Assembly (NCBI RefSeq): GCF_044704955.1
Contig: NC_091984.1
Coordinates: forward strand, 52,886,001 to 52,950,000
Origin: Pristiophorus japonicus
Taxonomy: Eukaryota
Length of the DNA: 64,000 nucleotides
Direction: 5' to 3'
A model generated the notes under the pieces. It did no database searches, had not been told where the DNA came from, and worked only from the letters and a program-made list of their open reading frames with translations. The position numbers were made by a program, and so were the translations under genes. Positions within the stretch are counted from its first letter, which is position 1. Every line of letters begins with the position of its first letter. This document shows positions 25,216 through 35,775 of the stretch, piece by piece.

Positions 25216-25698
25216 TATCCAGTGGCCCTGCTGGAAACTGCAAATGCGGGATATTGAAGGAGGACAGGATTGGGCTGAACAGTCGTGTACCCCACAGTTG
25301 AATAGACTGTTAACACTCACTGCAATCTAGGCTCTGATATGATGAATAGCCACTCGCATTAGCTACTGGAGGTTGGCTGGACCCCAATATCAGTCGGCAA
25401 TTTGGGGGAGGGGAGAGGGGGGAGGATTTTTTTTTTAATTTGAAAATTTTTTTAATGCAATTTTATTCAAAAGTCAAAAGTCATCAGCAGAATCATCCAT
25501 TATAGTGTTTAGGCCATGTGAAAGGAAAGAGAATACTAAAAGCATTTTGATGAAAGAACTCGTAATGATACAGCACCATGTGACAGTAAAGGACAATGCC
25601 TTTTGCAGTGTGTTACTAGAATACTCAATTTGATAAATTTTTGCCACACTGAGCTCTAAAGGAAGCACAAAATCAAGGGGCCCCTGCAACTCATTCAC

Positions 25699-25773
25699 CT
25701 GTCCTCTCCCTCCTTTACTTCCTTCAGTGCTGGAAGAATGGTTGGTGTGCAGGTCAGCAGTTGTGCTGAGAGA
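25699..25773 (-). CDS. RNF220: Candidate RNF220 in-frame cassette exon, 75 nt (SLSTTADLHTNHSSSTEGSKGGRGQ)
   Basis: cgcttttatcgtttctcAG acceptor and CAG|GTGAAT donor; 25 codons open in phase 0, the phase of the host intron; lies in a repeat-free block. Confidence 0.55.
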
Positions 25774-27469
25774 CTGAGAAACGATAAAAGCGAGGAAAAA
25801 TTAATCAAAAAAATAATTTGCGCAGCATGATTAAAAAACATAACTTTTACACCACCAGCTAGCTCAGCACAAGTGACATTTGCAAGAGGGAAAAGTATCT
25901 TCAAAAGGTAAGAGCTTAAAAATAATAATTCATGGCTTTTCAACCTTTTACATGATGTTCCCCCACCAGCTAATTTTAGGTTTAATGGCAGCAAGGCAAT
26001 TAATCTTTGCAAGCCTGGTGGCTCCAACACCTCTGACTTCGAGACAGCTCCTTTTTAGAGAGAAGCATTAGACATCTTTCCCTTGCAATTTCTATCCCAC
26101 AAATTAATCTTCGTCGTACATCTCCAAAATGAATTGAAATTGCTAGCACATTGTAAATATTGTTTCCCTACGCGTGCAGGATCATGTGTCATAAAGTGAA
26201 TGGAAGTGCATTTCCCTCTGACATTTTGTTAACTGAATTCCCTTTAAGGCAGCCATTTGAGACTATTAAGTGCTATCCTCTCATTTACAGACGGCTGAAA
26301 GAAGAAATCGGGAAGGCTTTCTCTCTCGCTCTCTTTTTCCTGTATCTGCTGGGTTGTCAGTGGAATGAATTTTTAAAAATTCAGCTCAATGAAAAGCTGA
26401 CTCCCCAGTTCTATTTTTCTTTTCTTTGTTTGGACAAGTACTTCTGTACTTCTTTCCTCAAACCAGTCACTATTTAGCAGCCAAACTCTCTGGCATTGGA
26501 AACTGTATTTTAAACATGTCATTGATTCCAACAATCACTGAACGGATGCAGGGTTAAGGATCCCACTACATCATCACAGCAATGTACTAAACACTAACTT
26601 GAGAAGATTATTCCCTCCTGCACCAAAGTGAGAGGTCTAATTGTTCTAATTAACTTTGTGGAGTCAAAAATTGTTGCAGTGTAATAAAAATACTGGAATG
26701 GTGAATAAATTTGAATTCTTGTTGGGAGGGGATTGGCTGGCATACAGTTAATACATTGTTACCGCTGCAACCTGGTTTGAACAAAGTGAGAGAGAGGTTG
26801 ATGATTCGTAAGTCATGAGATGTAACTGCTCCACCGTACAGGAGAGAAAGGCACAAAGTCAGGATTTTGGCAAAACACACTGCAATGATTCCGGAAAACT
26901 AATGGTATTGTATCGAACTAATGCATAATATCTGTGGGGTTGGGAAGGGTATCACTATACTTGTAGGGCTTTTAGTCTGCCCTTCTTCAAATTCAACTCT
27001 TCTTGGGGGGGGGGAATTATAACCCCAAAAAGCAGCTGGTTTGGGCTCGGGTGATAGGCTAGTGTTAAAAATCTGAATCCCGACCCCAACCCGCCGACTT
27101 CCAGTTTTAACGGAGGCAGTACAGAGGGGTGGGCAGCCAACCCGCTCCCAGGAGGCGGATTGGCACTTTAAATATTACAATGAGGCCTCTGATTTTGAAA
27201 CTCAATTTTAAATTTACTCTGGCTTGTCCCCCGCTTCGGCTTTCCGCTGGCCCCCCCTCACTCCGCAGCCTCCGATTCCCCCGTCCGGCCTCCGATCCCT
27301 GGACCCTGACACCCGCTCTGGTCTCTGGTGCCCCCTGGCCTCATTTTCAAACTCAATTTGAAATTTACTCTGGTTGGTCGGGTTTCCCAGGCCTCAAAGA
27401 AGCCGCCAGCTAAAGGAAGGTGAGGACTGCTGGATCCAGGAGCTAAGTGCCTTTCCACTTACCTGCTGG

Positions 27470-28051
27470 ATCCAATATCCCTGCCTTGCCAACCCCTCAT
27501 GATCGGACACTCCTCCCACCCTTCCAATCTCCCAGCAACCTCTGTCCCAAGGCCTCCGACAGCCGCCCACAAGGCCTCCGCTCTCCGAACCTCCCCCACC
27601 CCCACGGCTTTCCGCTTACACCCCCTCCCTCCACAGCCTCCGATTCCCCCGTCAAGCCTCAGATCCCCCTCCCGGCTTTCCAACCCACGTCCCCGGACCC
27701 CAACTCCCCCACCGGTCTGTGACCCCGCCCCCCCCCCCCCCAGCCTCCGATCCTCAGCTCCCCAATCTCCCTTCCGGCCTTCCAACCCCCGTCCAGCGGA
27801 CCACAACTCCCCCTCCGGTCTGTGACGCCTCCCCTCCTCCGATCCTTCACCTACACTCTCTGATCCATGGTCCTGAGTGCCCATCCTGCCTTCCGAACGA
27901 CTCCAACCTCCAGCCTTCCTACCACCTCCGATGATCAAAGCCTTCCAATCCCCCCCTCCAGCCTTCCGGCCCCCTCCAACTCCCTTTGACCATCCCCAGC
28001 CTTCCAATCCCCCCTCCAGCCTTCCGACCACCTCCGACGATCAAAGCCTTC
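27470..28051. repeat. C-rich degenerate tandem repeat (gccttccaatccccc / gcctccgatcccc units)
   Basis: Repeated units visible directly; they generate the low-complexity Pro/Gly ORFs in the track. Confidence 0.75.
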
Positions 28052-31000
28052 TATTGTGTTTCAAACACAGTTGAGACTGCACACAGGGAGATTAAAGTAA
28101 CAGTAACCTCAGTCTTTATTAAGACACTCCAGAGTGAGGAACAGGCCTTAGGGGCCGGCTTATATAAAGTGCTCCCAAGGGATGCTGGGGTCCCTTGGGA
28201 CTTCAGGGGATGCGCTCCCTGGTGGCGGAACATGGGAGTGCATGCTTTACAGATACACAACATCACTCCACCACCCCCCCCCCACAAAAGTCAAAGTGAA
28301 AACTATTTACAAGGTGAAGCGGTTGGGAGCCTTTCTTTTCCTGGTGGACTGCCTCGGTACAAATATCTGTTCTGGTGTGTTGGCTGTGCCCTCACTGGGC
28401 TGGCGTGTTGTTGGCCCTGCAGGGCTGCTGGGTGAGCCTGGCCTTGCTGGGCTGTTGGGCGTGATGGGTTCGATTTCCTGGTCCGGGGTGGTGTCGTTGA
28501 TCCTTTGGGTGTGTGTTGTTGGCTCGAAAAAGGTGGTGTCGTGTGTGGGTTGTTCAGAGCAGTCTGTGAACCGCAGCCTCGTTTGGTCCAGGTGGTTTCT
28601 GCAAATTTGTCCATTGTCTATTTTGACTACAAACACCCTACTCCCTTCTTTAGCTATCACCGTGCCCGCACTCCACTTGGGACCATGTCCATAGTTTAGC
28701 ACATACACAGGATCATTCAGATCAATTTCCCGTGACACAGTGGTGCGACCATCGTTTACATTTTGTTGCTGCCGCCTGCTCTCTACCTCATCATGCAGGT
28801 TGGGGTGAACCAGCGAGAGTCTGGTTTTAAGTGTCCTTTTCATGAGTAGCTCAGCCGTGGGCACCCCTGTGAGCGAGTGGGGTCTGGTAGCTGAGCAGTA
28901 CTCGGGACAGGCGGGTTTGGAGTGAGTCTTCTGTAACTCGTTTAAGGCTTTGTTTGATGGTTTGTACTGCCCGCTCTGCCTGCCCATTGGAGGCTGGTTT
29001 AAACGGGGCCGAGGTTGACATGTTTGATTCCGTTGCGGGTCATGAATTCTTTAAATTCGGCACTGGTGAAACATGGCCCGTTGTCACTGACCAGTATGTC
29101 AGGCAGGCCGTGGGTGGCAAACATGGTCCTCAGGCTTTCAATGGTGGCGGTGGTGGTGCTTCCCGACATTATTTCACATTCAATCCATTTTGAAACAGCA
29201 TCCACTACCACCAGGAACATTTTACTGAGAAACGGGCCTGCCTAGTCGACATGGATCTTTGACCATGGTCTGGAAGGCCAGGACCACAAACTTAGTGGTG
29301 CCTCTTTGGGCGCGTTGCTCAACTGAGCACACACGCTGCATTGCCATACACAGGACTTAAGTCAGAGTCAATACCGGGCCACCACACGTGGGATCTGGCT
29401 ATCGCTTTCATCATTACTATACCCGGATGTGTGCTGTGGAGATCCGAGATGAACGTCTCCCTGCCCTTTTTGGGTAGCACTGCGCGGTTACCCCACATCA
29501 GGCAGTCTGACTGAATGGACAGCTCGTCCTTTCGCTGCTGGAATGGCTTAATTAGCTCTTGCATTTCAACAGGGATGTTGGCCCAGCTCCAATGCAGTAC
29601 ACAGTTTTTATTAGGGACAGCAGAGAATCTTGGCTGGTCCAAGTCCTAATCTGGCGGGTCATGACAGGTGATTTATCATTTTCAAATGCTTCCATGACCA
29701 TCAACAAGTCTGCGGGCTGCGCCACCATCAACACGTTTGCAGGCTGCACCATTTCCACCTCCGTGGTGAGCAATGGTAGCTGACTGAGAGCGATCCGCAC
29801 AGTTCTCAGTGCCTGGCCTGTGGCAGAGGGTATAGTTATACGCTGATAGCGCGAGTGCCCACCTTTGTATGTGGGCTGAGGCATTAGTATTTATCTCCTT
29901 GTTTTCAGCGAACAGGGATATGAGGGGCTTGTGATCGGTTTCCAGCTCAAATTTGAGGCCAAACAGGTACTGATGCATTTTCTTTACCCCGAACACACAT
30001 GCTAATGCCTTTTTCTCAATCATGCTGTAGGCCCTCTCGGCCTTAGACAAGCTCCTGGAGGCATAGGCGACAGGTTGCAACTTCCCCGCAACGTTAGCTT
30101 GTTGTAATACACATCCGACTCCATACGACGACGCGTCACATGCTAGCACAAGTCTTTTACACGGGTTATACAATACAAGCAGCTTGTTGGAGCATAAAAT
30201 GTTTCTGGCATTCTCAAAACAATTACTTGTTTTTTTCCCCATACCCAGTTCTCACCTTTACGCAATAATACATGCAGGGGCTCTAAGAGGGTGCTTAACC
30301 CCGGTAGGAAGTTATCAAAATAGTTGAGGAGTCCCAGGAACGACCGCAGCTCCGTGACATTCTGTGGCCTGGGCGAGTTCCTGATAGCCTCTGTCTTGGC
30401 GTCTGTGGGCCGAATGCCGTCCGCCGCGATCTTTCTCCCCAAAAACTCCACTTCTGTTGCCGTGAAGACGCATTTAGACCTCTTCAGTCGCAGCCCTATG
30501 CGATCCAGTCGCTGGAGGACCTCCTCCAGGTTTTGTAGGTGCTCGACGGTGTCCTGATCCGTGACCAATATATCGTCCTGAAAAACTACCGTGCGTGGTA
30601 CCGACTTGAGTAGGCGCTCCATATTTCTTTGGATGATCGCTGTAGCCGACCGAATTCCAAACGGGCATCTGTTGTAGATGAACAGTCCCTTGTGCGTGTT
30701 GATGCAGGTGAGGCCCTTCGAAGACTCCTCCAGCTCCTGCGTCATGTAGGCTGAAGTCAGGTCGAGCTTCGTGAACGTCTTGCCTCCTGCCAGCGTCGCA
30801 AATAGGTCGTCTGCCTTAGGTAGCGGGTATTGGTCCTGTTGCGAGAAACGATTAATAGTTGCTTTATAATCGCCGCAAATCCTGACCGTGCCATCACTTT
30901 TGAGTACTGGAACAATCGGGCTGGCCCACTCACTGAATTCCACTGGGGAGATGATGCCCTCGCGTTGCAGCCTGTCCAGCTCGATGTCAACTCTCTCCCT

Positions 31001-32649
31001 CATCATGTGAGGTACCGCTCGCGCCTTGTGGTGAATGGTTCGTGTCTCTGGGACCAAGTGGATCCGCACCTTCGCCCCGGAAAAGTTTCCAATGCCTGGC
31101 TCAAAAAGGCAAGGAAATTTGTTAAGAACCTAGGTACATAAGGCCTTATCGACATGTGATAGCGCTCGGATGTCATCCTAATTCCAGCGGATTTTGCCCA
31201 GCCAGCTCCTTCCAAGCAGTGTGGGGCCATCGCCTGGGACAATCCAGAGTGGCAGTTCGTGCACTGTGCCCTCGTAGGTGACCTTGACATGGCGCTGTCC
31301 AGGACAGTGACAAGCTCTTTGGTGTATGTTCTCAGTTTTGTGTGGTTGGGGCTCAGGGCTGGTCTGAGTGCCTTGTTGCACCACAGTCTCTCAAACATCT
31401 TTTTATTCATGATGGATTGGCTAGCACCAGTGTCCAGTTCCATGGCTACGGGTAAGCCATTCAATTGTACATTTAGCATTATAGGTGGACATTTCGTCAA
31501 AAATGTGTGCACCCCGTGTACTTCAGCATCTGCCTCCTCTCTCTGAGGCTCGAAATTGCTTTGATCCACCAAGGACCGATCTTCCTCTGCCACATGGTGG
31601 TTAGCAGGTCGAGCTGCAAGCTCGTTGGAGGTGCCCCATTGTTCCACAACTCTTGCAAACATACTCTTTGAAGTGGCAGGAATAGGCTGAATGGAAGCCT
31701 CCAAAACGCCAACATGGTGTGAATTGCCTTGCATTCATCCTTTGTTGCGGATTCTGAGTCATCTGGGTCACCTGAGGCCTGCTGGCAGTTGCAGACTCGT
31801 GGTTTCTGCCCTGTACATTTCTGCTTGCAAACACAGTTCCAGTTAATTTATGAACATTGCTAGCACATTTGTGCTGAGAGATTTGTTTGGTGTTATCACT
31901 GGTGGACATAATCGCCTATGCTATCGCAATGGCATTACTGAGGGTCGGTGTCTCTACAGTCAAAAGTTTTCGTAGGATGGTCTCATGGCCAGTGCCCAGT
32001 ACAAAAAAGTCTCTGAGCATTTGCTCCAGGTAGCCATCAAACTCACATTGTCCTGCAAGTCACCTTAGCTCGGCGACGTAGCTCGCCACTTCCTGACCTT
32101 CAGATCGCTGGCACGTGTAGAACCGATACCTCGCCACCAGCACGCTCTCCCTCGGGTTACGATGCTCCCAAACCAGTGTACACAGCTCCTCATGCGACAT
32201 ATCTGTGGGTTTCACCGGAGCCAGAGGATTCTTTATGAGGCCGTAGGTCGGTGCCTCGCAGACCGTGATTAGGACTGTTCTCCTTTTTGCAGCGCTTCCT
32301 TCTCCGTCCAGCTCGTTAGTTACAAAGTACTGGTCTAGCCGTTAGACATAGGCTTCCCAGTCCTCACCCTCCGAGAACTTCTCCAGGATGCCCACAGTTT
32401 GCTGCATCTTTGCGTTGAATTCATATACTCGTCGCCAGTTATTGTGTTCCAAACACAGATGAGGCTGCACACAGGGAGGTTAAAGTAATGTGACCTCAGT
32501 CTTTATTAAGACACTCCAGAGTGAGGAACAGGCCTTAGGGGCCGGCTTATATACAGTGCTCCCAAGGGATGCCGGGATCCCTTGGAACTTCAGGGGATGC
32601 ACTCCCTGGTGGTGGAACATGGGAGTGCATGTTTTACAGATACACATCA
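28052..32649 (-). mobile_element. Full-length decayed Ty3/Gypsy LTR retrotransposon, Mag-like (K02A2.6-like)
   Basis: LTRs 32440-32649 (5') and 28052-28265 (3'); 5-bp TSD CCTTC (28047-28051 and 32650-32654); PBS TGGCGACGAG (32437-32428) complementary to the 3' end of tRNA-Ser(GCU); G-rich PPT next to the 3' LTR; domain order gag-PR-RT-RH-IN. Confidence 0.97.
28307..32407 (-). pseudogene. Gypsy gag-pol, disrupted by stops and frameshifts
   Basis: gag MQQTVGILEKFSEGEDWEAYV*RLDQYF; paired Zn knuckles CWRFGGFHSAYSC...CKSCGTMGHLQRAC; protease ELDTGASQS; RT WASPIVPV, KLDLTSAY, FQDD; RNase H LACDASSYG, TDHKPL; integrase HSTHPG...VWWPGID, VVVDA, VSDNGP. Confidence 0.95.
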
Positions 32650-32896
32650 CCTTCCAAACCCTGCGACGATTCCCGGCCTTCCGATCCCCCCTACCCCGAT
32701 TCTTCCCTCCCTCCTCTCTGCAGTCTGGTGCCACAGGCCTACCCGCCCAACGGCCAGCCAGAGAAGTAAAATATTTATCAGGCCGTGCCATTAAATTCAG
32801 CAGGACCCGAGGAAACCCACTTTCCCGGGTTTCCCGAATGCAACCTAACACCCCACCCCCCCACCCACCTCCAAACAAAAATTCTGGCTCTTGTCA

Positions 32897-34080
32897 CTCA
32901 TCATCATCCTTGGCAGTCTCTCGAAATCGAGGAAGACTTGCTTCCACTCTAAAAGTGAGTTCTCAGGTGACGGTACAGTCCAATATGGGAATTACAGTCT
33001 CTGTCACAGGTAGGACAGTCAGTCTTTGAAGGAAAGGGTGGGTGGGACTGGTTTGCCGCACACTCCTTCCGCTGCCTGCGCTTATTTTCTGCATGCTCTC
33101 GGTGACAAGACTCAAGGTGCTCAGCGTCCTCCTGGATGCTTTTCCTCCACTTAGGGTGGTCTTTGGCCAGGGATTCCCAGGTATCGATGGGGATGTTGCA
33201 CTTTATCAAGGAGACTTTGAGGGTGTACTTGAAACGTTTCCTCTGCCCACCTGGGGCTCACTTGGTGTGTAGGGTGCTTGCTTTGGGAGTCTTGTGTCGG
33301 ACATGCGTACAATGTGGCCCGCCCAACGGAGTTGGCTGAGTGTGGTCAGTGCTTCGATGATGGGGATGTTGGTCTGATCGAGAACACTGATGTTGGTCCG
33401 TCTGTCCACGCAGGGGATTTACAGGATCTTACAGAGACATCGTTGGTGGTATTTCTCCAGCGATTTGAGGTGTCTACTGTTTTTGGCCCATGTCTCTGAG
33501 CCATACAGGAGGGCGGGTATCACTACAGCCCTATAGACCATAAGCTTGGTGCCAGATTTGAGGGCCTGATCTTTGAACACTCTCTTCCTCAGACGACTGA
33601 AGGCTGCGCTGGTGCACTGGAGGCCGTGTTCGACCTTGACGTCGAAGTCTACCCTAGCTGATAATAGCCTCCCAAGGTATGGAAAGTGGTCCATGTTGTC
33701 CAAGGTCATGCCATGGATTTTGTTGACTGGGGGGCACTTCTGTGTGGCGGGGTCAGGTTAGTGGAGGACCTTTGCCTTACGGATGTTTAGTGTAAGGCCC
33801 ATGCTTTCGTATGGCTCGGTGAAGATTGTGGTGTATGTAGCACACAAATCACTGACTCCACACGGTCTGGTGTAAATCTAACTGCTGTGACCTTCGTCCT
33901 TTATTGTTCAGCTCCAGAGTGCCTCTCAGGTGTGGTGGTCAGCCTTATATAGCACCTGTTGCAGGTACTACCAGGGTTTCCCACCACAGCGCCCTCTGTG
34001 GGGTGGCATAGTGCTTACATTACATTTAAGGTACTGGGACGATACACACATCATTACATAACATAACAAAGATGTTGACT
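32897..34080 (-). mobile_element. RTE-clade LINE 3' portion, interrupted by a solo LTR
   Basis: Peptides FPYLG, KLMVYRAVVIPALLYGSETW, QLRWAGHIVRM...RLPKQ and terminal CPTCDRDCNSHIGLYRHLRTH; (TGA)n tail. Confidence 0.9.
33827..34068 (-). mobile_element. Solo LTR (242 bp) of a Gypsy family related to the adjacent full element
   Basis: TG...CA termini; perfect 5-bp TSD AAGAT (33822-33826 and 34069-34073); shares gtgacct...tttatt...ctccagagtg...cttatata with the 28052 and 32440 LTRs. Confidence 0.9.
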
Positions 34081-35618
34081 AACAAAGCAACAAAGGCATA
34101 GAAGGCAGTGAGTGCAGAAATGAGTAGTGCAGAAGTGTTCTTCAGAGATTGGGTATTGAGGTACATTGTCAAAGCAGTGGTAGGGGAGCTTTGTACTCGA
34201 CATGACTGGTGCCCTAACTAATGTGAAAGGTAGATGATAATGTTACAAGGTGCAAAATGAAAAACAGGAATACCGCTCTCCTTTACTGTCATCTTTCCCA
34301 TATAGATCACTACCAAGAAACCCAAAGTTCCTGGCAAAACGCCTAGTACTAATAGGCCCGATTCATTCTAAGGCCTGGGCCTCAATTCCCTTTGCCAGTG
34401 AGCTGCTGATGACAGTTAGATCCATAGTAGTGGTGGCCTCTGATTGTTTTGTGGGCCCACTCCTGCTTCTCCTGGCCTCGCCAAAAAATATATATCTGGG
34501 GTCATTGTGGGAGTGCCATCCAACAGTCACACTTGCCCACCTGGTACAAATAGATGAAGCGTCCATGGCACACACTCCGCCTACTTGCACCACAAAATTG
34601 CCATCGGAGTCCGATGTATGTCATATGACCCCAATATCACCGTTGCAAATGCCCTAGCCAAAATGGTGATAGTACCAGATGATTTAAGAATCTGATTACT
34701 TGATCACCGTGGAAAACTATTGAGTAGCGAGGCATACAAGCTTATCTTTATATGCCCTCGCAAGCACAGGTAAGCCGTCGCTCGGGTGGGAGGACAAATG
34801 CCTTATGTTATCCCATGCACCAACCGCTCAGCGAGTCAACTGCTCAACCCATCCCGGGCTAAGCCAGAGGAGGGCAGCAAAGCAGAAATCAGATATCTGA
34901 AAAGAATGAATTCAGATGTTTTAAATGTGGTGTGGTAGGCCACAAATCAAACACCGCTGGTCTTCCAGAAATAATGCTACATAGACCGCAAGGCATTAGA
35001 TGGCCAGCTAATGTGCTGATTGTCGATGTAGGTAGATTGACTCCTTATGTCAATGAACCTGAGAGGTCCATCCATGACAGATACAAATTCGTAACGTAGG
35101 CATAGTCTGCTATCTATATTAAAATTCAAACTGAAAAATTGAATCTATTTGAAGACAAAAGATTCCAGGTAAACACATACTTGATCCAAGCACAGAATTT
35201 TAATCTACCTAGAGTCTTTCAGTTACACTGCAAGGAATTCCTAATCATAAGGCAACTCATAGAGCTAAATTATCCTTCTGACATGTAGAGAGTAAAATTA
35301 TTTGCGTGCAAATAGGCTCTAATTTCTAATTACATGCAACTGAATGTTGTATAAATATGTCATCTACTATAGACTGTATGCTACCATTTGGTCATTACTG
35401 CATCTCACCTTGACTACTGCAACTTCTCAATTCTTCTATTCTTTTTGCAGACTTCCCAGAATAACTGCAAGAGATCACAGAAGAAGGACCCCCTAACATC
35501 AGGCCTCATCCCCGATGTAAGGAAGAAGCCCTCCAAATGATCAGAAGGGAGGCCATAAAGAGTAGGGATGGGGAAGTAGAAGGTTCAAGATTCAGTACCA
35601 ACTTTGCTGCTCTTCTTT

Positions 35619-35775
35619 TAGAATCAAACAATAATACAGCACAGAAGGAGGCCATTCGCCTCAGCTCCCTGTGCCAGCTCTTTGAAAGAGCTACCAATTA
35701 GTCCCACCCCCCTGCTCTTTCCGCATAGTGCTGCAAATTTGTCCTTTTCAAGTATATTTCCAATTCCCTTTCTCT
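35619..35775 (-). mobile_element. CR1 or CR1-SINE 3' tail fragment (similar at 38298-38422, 42112-42210, 45355-45480, 58180-58425, 60480-60572)
   Basis: tagaatc...acagcacagaaggaggccattcg...gctctttgaaagagc matches the tail at 9613. Confidence 0.7.

Larger units (their letters stand above)
27005..32890. mobile_element. Harbinger-type non-autonomous element with C-rich tandem core, interrupted by the Gypsy element
   Basis: GG..GAATTAT start, AAAATTCTGGCTC end; the C-rich repeat continues on both sides of the LTR element. Confidence 0.5.

Noticed and set aside
27459-28031. Long Gly-rich and Pro-rich ORFs
   Set aside because: Artefacts of the C/G-rich tandem repeat.
32897-33826. Horizontal transfer of the RTE element
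   Set aside because: RTE elements are known to transfer horizontally, but nothing in this sequence alone supports it; it needs a phylogeny.
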